This document shows, piece by piece, positions 52,424 to 61,406 of a DNA stretch of 64,000 nt. The position numbers and the translations under genes were made by a program. The stretch covers positions 5,607,966 to 5,671,965 of the forward strand of contig OZ252299.1 in the NCBI GenBank assembly GCA_965250285.1, written 5' to 3'. This DNA comes from Myxococcota bacterium (GTDB lineage: Bacteria; Myxococcota_A; UBA9160; UBA4427). How positions within the stretch are numbered: position 1 is the first letter of the stretch; the number at the start of each line of letters is the position of its first letter. Under the pieces are notes generated by a model, which had not been told where the DNA came from, did no database searches, and saw nothing but the letters and a program-made list of their open reading frames with translations.

Positions 52424-54061
52424 ATGGCTTCGGCGATTCACGCGCCCGCAGACGAAGGGGCGCCGCTTCGTTCACCGGAGATCGAGAGCGAGGCGAGCAA
52501 GCGCGGCCCGGGGGCCAGCCGGCATGCAGCGGCGGCCTTCGAGGGCGATCTGCGCGATTTCGACTTCGCGATGCTGCTGCATCGGCTCCATGTCGAGCGC
52601 GCCACCGGCGTGTTGATGCTGCAGAACGCGAAGAAGAAGAAGGCGGTCCAGCTCAAGGACGGCCACCCGGTCTCAGTCAAGTCGAACCTCGTCGAGGAGT
52701 GCCTGGGGCACATGCTCGTTCGCCAGGGCGTGATCGATCAGGATCAGGCGCGCCATTCGCTCGAGCAGGCCCGCAAGAAGGGGGGTCTGCAGGGCGAGAT
52801 CCTCGTCGCGATGGATTGGATCGATGAGGAGCGACTGGCCGAGGCGCTGCGCGCCCAGGCCGTCGACAAGCTCTACGAGATCTTCACGTGGAAGCGCGGT
52901 GGCTTCGGCTTCAAGCCGGGCAAGCGCATCAAGGGCGGCAACGCCCTGGCCCTCGATTACAGCGTGGCCAACATGATTCTCGCCGGCTGCCGCGACTACG
53001 TGCCCAGCCGCCGCGTCGACGACTTCTTCACGCGCTACGCGCTCGTCGAGATGGGCCGGGCTTCGAACGAGTTCGATCGCTTTCAAGACGTCACGGTCAG
53101 CCAGGCCGAAGAGAAGGTGATCTGCGAGGTCGCCGAGGGCGTGCTCGTCGGCGAGTACGTCGCCGAGGCCGACCGGGTGCGTCGCGCCGTCTACGGGCTC
53201 GTGGCCACCGGCCTGGTCGATACCAGCGGCGAGCCCGCAGCCGCCGTACCGGCCCGCAACCGCGAGGCCGAAGCCGACGACTCGCAGCCCGCGGTCATGC
53301 CCGAAGGCGTTGCGCCGGCGCCGCCGGCGGCCGACGTCGACGCCGAAGCGAAGGAGATCTCGACCTGGCTCGATGCTGCGCGCGGTCGCAGCCACTACGA
53401 GCTGCTCGAGGTCACTTCGACGGCCGGCGATGACGGCATCCGCGAAGCCTACGAGCGGCTCGCGAAGCGCTTCCACCGCGACCGCTTCCGCAACGCGACG
53501 GCGGCCGTGCAGCGAATCGCCGACGAGGCTGCGGCGCGCATCCACCGCGCCTACGAAGCGATCGCGACGGCCGATGCCCGCCTGGCGTACGCCGCCTCGG
53601 TCAAGCGCGAGGCGAGCGAGGACAAGGACCGCGCCGAGACCAAGCGCGTGCTGAGGGCCGAAGCGGCCTTCCAGCGCGGCGAGGCGGCGCTGCGGGGTCG
53701 CGACTACGAAGCGGCGCTCGAACACTTCGGGGCCGCCGTGCAGGCCTATCCCGAGGAGGGCGAGTACCACGCCCACTACGGCTGGGCGCTCCATCTCTGC
53801 CATCCCGACGATGCCGCGATCGCGCACGAGGCGATCGATCACGTCAAGAAGGGCGCCAAGCTGGCGCCCGATCGGGAGAAGCCCTACCTCTTTCTCGGCC
53901 GCCTCTGCAAGGCGGTGGGCCGGCTCGATGCCGCCGAGAAGATGTTCACGAAGGCTGTTCGACTGCGGCCCGAGTGCGTCGAGGCGCTGCGCGAGCTGCG
54001 GCTGATCAACATGCGTCGGGAGAAGGGCAAGGGCCTGATCGGCCGTCTGCTGGGTCGCTAG
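52424..54061 (+). CDS. DUF4388 (PatA-N-like) / J-like domain / TPR protein
   Basis: Within ORF 51770..54061; ATG 52424 follows GGGGGGAGAGC. GDLRDFDFAMLLHRLHVERATGVLML is DUF4388-like. SHYELLEV...AYERLAKRFHRDRF is a J domain with HRD in place of HPD. C-terminal TPR-like repeats. Confidence 0.65.
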   Translation: MASAIHAPADEGAPLRSPEIESEASKRGPGASRHAAAAFEGDLRDFDFAMLLHRLHVERATGVLMLQNAKKKKAVQLKDGHPVSVKSNLVEECLGHMLVRQGVIDQDQARHSLEQARKKGGLQGEILVAMDWIDEERLAEALRAQAVDKLYEIFTWKRGGFGFKPGKRIKGGNALALDYSVANMILAGCRDYVPSRRVDDFFTRYALVEMGRASNEFDRFQDVTVSQAEEKVICEVAEGVLVGEYVAEADRVRRAVYGLVATGLVDTSGEPAAAVPARNREAEADDSQPAVMPEGVAPAPPAADVDAEAKEISTWLDAARGRSHYELLEVTSTAGDDGIREAYERLAKRFHRDRFRNATAAVQRIADEAAARIHRAYEAIATADARLAYAASVKREASEDKDRAETKRVLRAEAAFQRGEAALRGRDYEAALEHFGAAVQAYPEEGEYHAHYGWALHLCHPDDAAIAHEAIDHVKKGAKLAPDREKPYLFLGRLCKAVGRLDAAEKMFTKAVRLRPECVEALRELRLINMRREKGKGLIGRLLGR

Positions 54062-54160
54062 CCCGGCGTCTTCGCCGCTCCCCCATGCGCGCGACGGCGT
54101 CGCGCGAGGTGAACGGCGCGAGGCGCACGGTGCAGGGCACCACGTGGAAGGAACGGCTCG

Positions 54161-55096
54161 ATGGGCGACAACCCCGCCGCAGGTGTGACCGGCGATTGGA
54201 TCTGGCTCGACGGTGAGTGGGTGCCGTGGGCGGATGCGAACGTCCACATCCTGACGCACAGCCTCCACTACGGCCTCGGCGTCTTCGAAGGCATCCGCTG
54301 CTACAAGACCGAAGACGGTCGCAGCGCCGTCTTTCGACTGCCCGAACACATGCGCCGGCTCTACGACTCGGCGCACATCAACCTGATGGACGTGCCCTAC
54401 GACATCGACCTCGTGACCGAGGCGGTGTGCGAATCGCTGCGGCGCAACGGCCTCGACGAGGGCTACATCCGACCGCTCGTGTTCATCGGCGATGGCGCGA
54501 TGGGTCTGCACCCCGGCGACAACCCCGTGCGGGTGGCGGTGATCAGCTGGGCATGGGGCAAGTATCTCGGCGAAGACGGCATGGCGCGCGGCATTCGGGC
54601 GAAGGTGTCGACCTTCTCGCGCCATCACGTCAACGCGAAGATGACCAACGGCAAGACCTGCGGCGACTATGTGAACTCGATCCTCGCGAAGCGCGAGGCC
54701 GTGCTCGATGGCTACGACGAAGCGGTCATGCTCGACACGCAGGGGCTGGTGTCGGAGTGCACGGGCGAGAACATCTTCGTTGTCCGCGACGGGGTGATCC
54801 ACACGCCGCTCGCGCACAGCGTGCTGAACGGGATCACCCGGGCGTCGATGATCGAGCTGGCTCGTTCGAGGGGCATCGAGGTCGTCGAGACGACGCTGAC
54901 CCGCGACGATCTCTACATCGCCGACGAGATCTTCCTGACCGGGACCGCCGCCGAGGTCACGCCGATCCGCGAGCTCGACCACCGGCAGGTGGGCGAGGGC
55001 AAGCGGGGGCCGATCGCCGAGCAGCTGCAGGCCGCCTACTTCGACGTCGTCAGCGGGCGCGACCCGAAGCATCTCGACTGGCTCACTTTCCTCTGA
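54161..55096 (+). CDS. ilvE: branched-chain amino acid aminotransferase
   Basis: WLDGEWVPWADANVHILTHSLHYGLGVFEGIRCY, ECTGENIF, LNGITR, FLTGTAAEVTPI. Confidence 0.9.
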   Translation: MGDNPAAGVTGDWIWLDGEWVPWADANVHILTHSLHYGLGVFEGIRCYKTEDGRSAVFRLPEHMRRLYDSAHINLMDVPYDIDLVTEAVCESLRRNGLDEGYIRPLVFIGDGAMGLHPGDNPVRVAVISWAWGKYLGEDGMARGIRAKVSTFSRHHVNAKMTNGKTCGDYVNSILAKREAVLDGYDEAVMLDTQGLVSECTGENIFVVRDGVIHTPLAHSVLNGITRASMIELARSRGIEVVETTLTRDDLYIADEIFLTGTAAEVTPIRELDHRQVGEGKRGPIAEQLQAAYFDVVSGRDPKHLDWLTFL

Positions 55097-55167
55097 TTTT
55101 CCAGGTGCTTATGAGCGAGTCTGCGCCTCGCCGCGGGGTGCAGGCACCGGCTTGCATTGCGGCTGTA

Positions 55168-55187
55168 TCACGTTGTGTCACGTTGTG
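55168..55187 (+). promoter_or_regulatory. perfect 10-bp tandem direct repeat (TCACGTTGTG x2) abutting the start codon
   Basis: Read directly. It ends 4 nt before ATG 55192 of a ribbon-helix-helix-like protein, so it could be an operator. Confidence 0.3.
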
Positions 55188-55191
55188 ATGC

Positions 55192-55929
55192 ATGGACACA
55201 CATGATGATCGCGACTTCGAGAAGGGCGGCGCCGCAGAGCCGGAGAGCGACGACCCCACGCGCCGGGAGCAGGCCCGTGAGGCGGGCGACAAGCGGGAGC
55301 GCCGCGAGGAGCGCTCGGGCAGCGGCTGCGGCTCGCGCGAGCGGCATCGACGCCACCGGCGTCATCGTCGACACCACCGCCACGGGGGCCGCAAGGAGCG
55401 GGTGCTGCACACCCGGGTCTCCGAGCAGCTGTCCGAGGACATTCGCCGCCTGGCCGACGATCTGCGCGTGCCGGCCTCGAACCTGGTGCGCAACGTGCTC
55501 GAAGAGGTCTTCACCGTCGTCGAGAACGTGAGCGACGACATGGGCGGCCTCTTCGAGGATCTGGTCGAGGAGGCCGAAGGGGCGCGGGATCGGCTGCGCG
55601 AGCGAGAGCGACGCGGTCGACGCCGATCGCGCTCACGGCGCCGAACGCGCCGCGACTTCGACGACGACGTCGAAGCCGAGCTGCGCGACGACGAACGCGA
55701 AGAGGCGTCGGACCGTGAAGACGATGCCGCTGCCGCGAGCCGCGAGCCGGATCGGCCCGACGAGCCCGCGTTCCCCGACGTGCTCGGCTGGCAGCCCCTC
55801 GTGCTGAACCACGCGCGCGTGTGTGCGCGCTGCGGGGCCGAGCTGTCGCGCGGCCACCGGGGCTTCATCGGCGTGACGGCGAACGGCCTCTCCGACATCA
55901 TGCTCTGTCGCTCGTGCGTCGGTACCTAG
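55192..55929 (+). CDS. hypothetical protein: His/Arg-rich tract + ribbon-helix-helix-like segment + acidic linker + C-terminal Cys cluster
   Basis: High GC3 in this frame. RERHRRHRRHRRHHRHGG. VLHTRVSEQLSEDIRRLADDLRVPASNLVRNVLEE is RHH-like. CARCG...CRSC. Confidence 0.5.
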   Translation: MDTHDDRDFEKGGAAEPESDDPTRREQAREAGDKRERREERSGSGCGSRERHRRHRRHRRHHRHGGRKERVLHTRVSEQLSEDIRRLADDLRVPASNLVRNVLEEVFTVVENVSDDMGGLFEDLVEEAEGARDRLRERERRGRRRSRSRRRTRRDFDDDVEAELRDDEREEASDREDDAAAASREPDRPDEPAFPDVLGWQPLVLNHARVCARCGAELSRGHRGFIGVTANGLSDIMLCRSCVGT

Positions 55930-56039
55930 TCGGGCGCCCGGCCCGCTGAACGGTACGCTTCACGCGGCCCTCTCGGCGACGGGATCGATGCGATCCGGCC
56001 GGCCCGGTGGGCTCACCCGGGCCTCGGAGAGCGACCGAC

Positions 56040-57026
56040 ATGACGAGCGTGCACGACCTGCGGACCCCGGCGCTGTTGCTCGATGTGCCGGCCTTCGAGC
56101 ACAACCTGCGCACGATGGCCGACGCACTGCCGGGCTCACGCATGCGTCCGCACGTGAAGGCCCACAAGTGTACGGCGCTCGCGAAGCGCCAGTTCGAAGC
56201 GGGGCACCGGGCCTTCTGCGCGGCGGTCCCGCGTGAGATCGAAGGACTCGCCGCGGCCGGGCTTGGTGAAGACCTGCTGCTCGCCAACGAAACCCTCGAT
56301 ACCAAGCGACTGGGCGCGCTCGATGCGCGCGTGACGATCGCCGTCGACTCGCCCGAGACGATCGCGGCCGTTGCCGAAGGCGGTCTGCGCGAAGTCTTGA
56401 TCGACGTCAACGTCGGCCTGCCGCGTTGCGGCTGTCGGCCGGAGGATGCGGGGCGCCTCGCCGACGCGGCGCGAAAGCGGGGCCTCGAGGTGCGCGGTGT
56501 GATGGGGTACGAGGGGCACATCGTGGGCCTGGCCGAGCGCGACAAGCGCGAGGCCGGCTGCAAGAAGAGCATGGAGCTGCTCGCTTCGGCCCACGCCGAC
56601 GTCGGGGGCGAGATCGTTTCGGCCGGCGGCACCGGAACGTTCGACTTGAACGATGTGGCCACTGAAATTCAAGCAGGTTCGTACGTGCTGATGGATACGG
56701 CGTACTCGAAGCTCGGGCTCCCGTTTCGCCCGGCGCTGCAGCTCCTGGCCACCGTCGTTTCGGTGTCGGCCGACTGGGCGGTGGCCGACACGGGCCTCAA
56801 GTCGCTCGGGATGGACCACGGCAACCCCGAGATCGAGCATGGCCGCGTGCTGTTCTGCTCGGACGAGCACGTCACGTTCGTCCCCGAGACGCCGGTCTGC
56901 GTCGGCGACAAGCTGCGGGTGGCGCCCGCCCACTGCGACCCGACGGCGGCGTACCACGAGCGCTACGCGCTCGTCGAGGGCGAGCAGGTGGTCGATTCGT
57001 GGGGGATCGACCTGCGGGGCTGGTAG
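56040..57026 (+). CDS. DSD1-family PLP enzyme (D-serine dehydratase / D-threonine aldolase-like, alanine-racemase fold)
   Basis: Within ORF 56007..57026; ATG 56040. TPALLLDVPAFEHNLRTM, RPHVKAHKC (PLP lysine). Confidence 0.7.
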   Translation: MTSVHDLRTPALLLDVPAFEHNLRTMADALPGSRMRPHVKAHKCTALAKRQFEAGHRAFCAAVPREIEGLAAAGLGEDLLLANETLDTKRLGALDARVTIAVDSPETIAAVAEGGLREVLIDVNVGLPRCGCRPEDAGRLADAARKRGLEVRGVMGYEGHIVGLAERDKREAGCKKSMELLASAHADVGGEIVSAGGTGTFDLNDVATEIQAGSYVLMDTAYSKLGLPFRPALQLLATVVSVSADWAVADTGLKSLGMDHGNPEIEHGRVLFCSDEHVTFVPETPVCVGDKLRVAPAHCDPTAAYHERYALVEGEQVVDSWGIDLRGW

Positions 57027-57187
57027 GCGAGGGCGAGCGGGCCGCGAGACGAGGCAGCGCCGTGCCCGATCGGCGGGCAGGGCAGAGCCGGGGCTCCGCG
57101 CGCCCGCGGCGAGGATCGGCTGAATTCAGCGATATACTGCAGGTCCCGGCCCATCTGACTGGCATGTGGCTTGCTTGAGTAGACCGA

Positions 57188-58696
57188 ATGCCTCCCCCGC
57201 CTCCGGATACGTCCTCAGACTCGGATCGCGCCGAAGCCCTGGGCTACCGCGGTCTCCCGAATCACTTCGACGGCCTCGTCGACGAACACGGCGAGGTGCG
57301 CGCCGCGTCGAAGATGCTCGACCGGGCCCTCAAGGAGCTGGGCGTCGAGGGGCTCGAGGAGGTGCAGCGAAACGCCGAGCTGTCGCTCCTGAACCAGGGC
57401 ATCACGTTCACCGTCTACGCCGACGATCGCGGCACCGAGAAGATCTTTCCCGTCGACGTGATCCCGCGCATCGTCACGGCGAAGCGTTGGGCGCACATCG
57501 AGGCGGGGCTGCAGCAGCGGCTGCGCGCCCTGAACATGTTCCTTCGCGATCTCTACGGCGAGCAGCGCATTCTGCGCGATGGCGTCGTGCCCACCGATCT
57601 GGTGGTCAACTCACAGCACTTCTGTCGCTCGATCGTCGGGTCGAAGATCCCGGGTGACGTCTTCATTCACGTCTCGGGCACCGACCTGATCCTGGACGAA
57701 ACGGGCAACCCGCTCGTGCTCGAGGACAACCTGCGCGTGCCGTCGGGTGTCTCGTACGTGCTCGAGAATCGGATCGTGATGTCGCGGGTGCTCCCCGAGC
57801 TCTTGCAGAGCTACCGGGTTCGGCAGGTCGATCAGTATCCCCAGATGCTGCTCTCGGCGCTGCGGTCGCTGGCGCCCGATCCCCAGGCCGAGATCGCCGT
57901 GCTCACCCCGGGCATCTACAACTCGGCCTACTTCGAGCACTCGTTCCTCGCCGCACAGATGGGCGTGCAGCTGGTCGAGGGGCGCGATCTCGTCGTCGAC
58001 GACGACGTGCTCTACATGAAGACGACGTCGGGCATGCGTCGCATCGACGTGCTGTATCGCCGCGTCGACGACGCCTTTCTCGACCCGATCGCGTTCCGGC
58101 CCGACAGCGTGCTCGGTGTGCCGGGCCTGATGAGCGCGTACCGCGCCGGCAACGTCGTGCTGGCGAACGCGCCGGGGGCCGGCGTCGTCGACGACAAGGC
58201 GATGTATGCCTACGTGCCGCGAGCGATCCGCTACTACCTCGAAGAAGAGCCGATTCTCGATCAGGTACCGACGTACCTGTGCCGCGAGTCCGACGGCCTC
58301 GCCTACGTGCTCGATCATCTCGAAGAGCTCGTGCTCAAGCCCACCGATGGGTCGGGTGGATACGGCCTGCTCGTCGGCACGGCGGCGACGAAGGACGAGC
58401 TCGCCGAGGCGCGGGCGGCGATCCGAGAAGAGCCCGAGCACTTCATTGCTCAGCCGATCCAGAAGCTCTCGACCCTGCCGACGCTCGTGGGTGAGGGCTC
58501 GCGTGAGGTCGCGCCGCGCCACGTCGATCTGCGCCCGTTCTCGGTCTGCAGCGCCCGCGAGCGCGTGGACGTACTGCCTGGCGGGCTGACGCGCGTCGCC
58601 CTGCGTGAGGGGAGCCTGATCGTCAACTCGTCGCAGGGTGGGGGCAGTAAGGATACCTGGGTGCTCTACGACGATGGGGAGTCGACCCATGCTTAG
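57188..58696 (+). CDS. circularly permuted ATP-grasp type 2 protein
   Basis: 502 aa with the typical family layout (FTVYADDRGTEKIFPVDVIPR, LKPTDGSGGYG). Confidence 0.8.
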   Translation: MPPPPPDTSSDSDRAEALGYRGLPNHFDGLVDEHGEVRAASKMLDRALKELGVEGLEEVQRNAELSLLNQGITFTVYADDRGTEKIFPVDVIPRIVTAKRWAHIEAGLQQRLRALNMFLRDLYGEQRILRDGVVPTDLVVNSQHFCRSIVGSKIPGDVFIHVSGTDLILDETGNPLVLEDNLRVPSGVSYVLENRIVMSRVLPELLQSYRVRQVDQYPQMLLSALRSLAPDPQAEIAVLTPGIYNSAYFEHSFLAAQMGVQLVEGRDLVVDDDVLYMKTTSGMRRIDVLYRRVDDAFLDPIAFRPDSVLGVPGLMSAYRAGNVVLANAPGAGVVDDKAMYAYVPRAIRYYLEEEPILDQVPTYLCRESDGLAYVLDHLEELVLKPTDGSGGYGLLVGTAATKDELAEARAAIREEPEHFIAQPIQKLSTLPTLVGEGSREVAPRHVDLRPFSVCSARERVDVLPGGLTRVALREGSLIVNSSQGGGSKDTWVLYDDGESTHA

Positions 58697-59729
58697 TCGC
58701 ATTGCGCGTGGCCTCTACGGCCTCGGCCGTGAAGTCGAGCGCGCACAGAACGTGATTCGCGTGCTCGAAGTCAACCACAAGATGAACCTCGAACGCGCCG
58801 CGGTCGACGAGGCCAACGTCTGGAGCGCCATCGCCGACGCGTTCGGTTGTTGCGAGGACCAGCCCGACGAGCGCAGTCTCTATGACTGTCTCGTGCTGTC
58901 GGACGATCACGACTACTCGGTGCGCCGCTGCATTCACAGCGCGCGCGACGAGGGTCGGTCGATGCGCGACCACATCAGCGAGGAGATGTGGCTCCACTTG
59001 AATCGGACGTGGCTCGACCTGGCCGATCTCAGCTTCACCCGCGTGCTGCGGATGGGGCGCTCCGAGTTCAACCGGCAGATCGAGGTGTTCTGCGACGCCT
59101 TCCACGGGCTGGCCGACGACACGATGATTCGCGGCGAGTCGTGGGCGTTCCTGCGGTCGGGCAAGCTGTTCGAGCGCGCGCTGCTCATCTGCCGGATCCT
59201 CGAGATCAAGCGGAAGTCGCTGGCGTTGGCTACCACGACGGTCGGCGACCCGCTCGAGGTGCATCAGTGGCAGGCGCTGCTGCGTTCGCTGTCGGGCTAC
59301 GAGCCCTACCGTCGGGCGTACGACGCGCGGATCATTCCGCACCGGGTACTCGAGTTCGTGTTGCAGCGCGCCGACTTTCCAAGGTCGCTGGCGTGCACGC
59401 TCTACGGTCTGCAGTCGACGCTCGGTGAGATGAACGGCGCCAACGCGCGGCAGACCCACGTCGCGGTCGATCTCGACCGTCTCATCAAGCAGGTCGGCGC
59501 GATCGACACCGACGAGATCGTCCGCTCGGGCAGCTTCGAGCACGAGCTGCACTGGATCGAAGAGCGCCTGGTCGCTCTCATTGCCGACTTCGAGATGGGC
59601 TACTTCACGAGCTCGCGACCGGCGTCGGAGCCGATTACGGCCGCACCGGGGGCCGCGCTGGTGCCACAGCAGCAGCAACAGCAGCAGCGGCCCCGACAGA
59701 TGCGTTTCGCCGGGAGGACTGCACAGTGA
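58689..59729 (+). CDS. alpha-E domain protein (DUF403)
   Basis: ATG 58689 overlaps the upstream stop by 8 nt. MLSRIARGLYGLGREVERAQNVIRVLEV is a typical alpha-E N-terminus. The C-terminus carries a Q7 tract. Confidence 0.8.
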   Translation: MLSRIARGLYGLGREVERAQNVIRVLEVNHKMNLERAAVDEANVWSAIADAFGCCEDQPDERSLYDCLVLSDDHDYSVRRCIHSARDEGRSMRDHISEEMWLHLNRTWLDLADLSFTRVLRMGRSEFNRQIEVFCDAFHGLADDTMIRGESWAFLRSGKLFERALLICRILEIKRKSLALATTTVGDPLEVHQWQALLRSLSGYEPYRRAYDARIIPHRVLEFVLQRADFPRSLACTLYGLQSTLGEMNGANARQTHVAVDLDRLIKQVGAIDTDEIVRSGSFEHELHWIEERLVALIADFEMGYFTSSRPASEPITAAPGAALVPQQQQQQQRPRQMRFAGRTAQ

Positions 59730-60601
59730 AGCCGTGGGATGCGAAGGGCATGGCGATGCTGCTCGTGACCCACGAGACGCGGCTCGCCTATGCCGAGCCC
59801 GTCGTCGAGGCGCACACCGAGATTCGCAAGACGCCGATCGATACGGGGCTGCAGCGGGTGGTGACCCACAAGGTCGACGTGTGGCCCCCCGCCAACGTCA
59901 AGTGGTATCGCGACTACTTCGACAGCTGGGTGCACTACTTCAATCTGCTCGAGCCGCACTCGGAGCTGATGATCCGGGCCGAGGCCGTGGTCGAGACGGC
60001 CGATGCCGTCTGCTGCGGTCCGCAGCGAACCTTCGACGACCGGCCCTGGCAGGCTCGCTTCGCCGAGTTCCTGCACTGGTCGCCTTCGGTGCCGCCCCTC
60101 GACGAGTACAATTCGATCGACAACCCGGTGCAGAGCGACCTCGGACCCGACGAGTTCCTCGATGCCTTGCGCGAGCTCGGCGCGATCTTCCAGGCCAAGT
60201 TCCGCTACGACCCCGAAGCGACCGACGTGAACTCGAGCCCGAAGGCGCTCTTCGAAGCCGGGGGGGGTGTCTGCCAGGATCTCGCCCACGCGATGATCGG
60301 GGTGCTGCGCACGCACGGCGTCGCATCGCGCTACGTCAGCGGGTACGTCTACGACCCGCTCGGCGATGATGAAGGCGATCACGTGCAGGGCGCTGCGGCG
60401 AGCCATGCGTGGGTGCAGGCCTGGCACCCCGAGCTGGGCTGGGTGGGGATCGACCCGACCAACCACAAGCTCGTCGACTGGCAGTACATCCGCGTCGCCG
60501 CCGGTCGCGACTACACTGACGTGCAGCCGCTGCGCGGCGTGTTCGTCGGCGCCGAAGAGCAGACGCTGAGCGTCGAGGTGAGCGTCCGTCGCATCGGGTA
60601 G
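59726..60601 (+). CDS. transglutaminase-family protein (N-terminal Bact_transglu_N-like + TGase core)
   Basis: GTG 59726 overlaps the upstream stop (GTGA); alternative ATG 59750/59756. GVCQDLAH (Cys), HAWVQAW (His), GIDPTN (Asp). Confidence 0.85.
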   Translation: MKPWDAKGMAMLLVTHETRLAYAEPVVEAHTEIRKTPIDTGLQRVVTHKVDVWPPANVKWYRDYFDSWVHYFNLLEPHSELMIRAEAVVETADAVCCGPQRTFDDRPWQARFAEFLHWSPSVPPLDEYNSIDNPVQSDLGPDEFLDALRELGAIFQAKFRYDPEATDVNSSPKALFEAGGGVCQDLAHAMIGVLRTHGVASRYVSGYVYDPLGDDEGDHVQGAAASHAWVQAWHPELGWVGIDPTNHKLVDWQYIRVAAGRDYTDVQPLRGVFVGAEEQTLSVEVSVRRIG

Positions 60602-60887
60602 CGACACGCGGTGTGCGCTCGGCTCGCGGGCCGAGGCAGTCGCCCCCGCTCTAGACCGTCCCGACGGCTCCACATGTCAATCGATGGGTCTCAGTCGACC
60701 CATTCGGCCCGCCCAATCGACACGCGCAGGCGATCTTGCTTGCCGATCCGCTCGGCCGATGATCCAATGACGATCGTCGCGATTCGCGTTCGCCTCGGTG
60801 CTGCGCGGATGAATCGATTGGGGTCGCGAGCACGAGACATCGGCGAGCGCCGAGCCGCGATGCTCTTCCGATCGGAGGAGGCAGGCC

Positions 60888-61325
60888 ATGAGGACCCGCG
60901 AGATCGTGTGGATCGTCGGCATTGCGGCGGCGCTCGGCGCAGTCGCGATCACGGCTTCCGTGGCAGGGACTGTCAACGACGTGGATGGAGACGGCGTCCC
61001 CGACGCGTACGACAACTGTGTGTTGGAGCCGAATGGGCCTTTGGCGGGCAAGTGTCGACTTCAGCAGGATGGCGACGAAGACGGCTTTGGGAACGCGTGC
61101 GATGCCGACTTCAACAACGACGGGGCGTGGGGCATCGACGATATCTCGTACATGCTTGCGGAGATTGGGAGCACCGAGCCGCAGCTCGATTTGAACTGCG
61201 ATGGAGCTGCAGGGGTCGACGATCTGTCCCGCATGCTGGAGAACCTCGGTGCCGTGCCCGGTCCATCGGGCCTGCCCTGCCAGGATTCGAATGCGTCCGG
61301 TTTGGGGACCTGCCCGCCGTACTGA
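60888..61325 (+). CDS. small secreted protein with TSP type-3-like and dockerin/EF-hand-like Ca-binding repeats
   Basis: GGAGGAGG SD. Signal/TM IVWIVGIAAALGAVAITA. DVDGDGVPDAYDNC, DGDEDGFGNACD, DLNCDGAAGVDDL. Confidence 0.6.
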   Translation: MRTREIVWIVGIAAALGAVAITASVAGTVNDVDGDGVPDAYDNCVLEPNGPLAGKCRLQQDGDEDGFGNACDADFNNDGAWGIDDISYMLAEIGSTEPQLDLNCDGAAGVDDLSRMLENLGAVPGPSGLPCQDSNASGLGTCPPY

Positions 61326-61406
61326 GCGAGAACGCCGCGACAGCACTTCGGGCACTGCCCCGTCGCCCTGTGGTGTATGCTGATCCTCTCATCGGAGGCG
61401 ATCGTC

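Noticed and set aside
55143-55156. sigma54-like box GGCAC-CGGC-TTGCA upstream of the RHH-like gene.
   Set aside because: The spacer between the GG and GC elements is one nucleotide short of the strict -24/-12 spacing. It also lacks the leading T.
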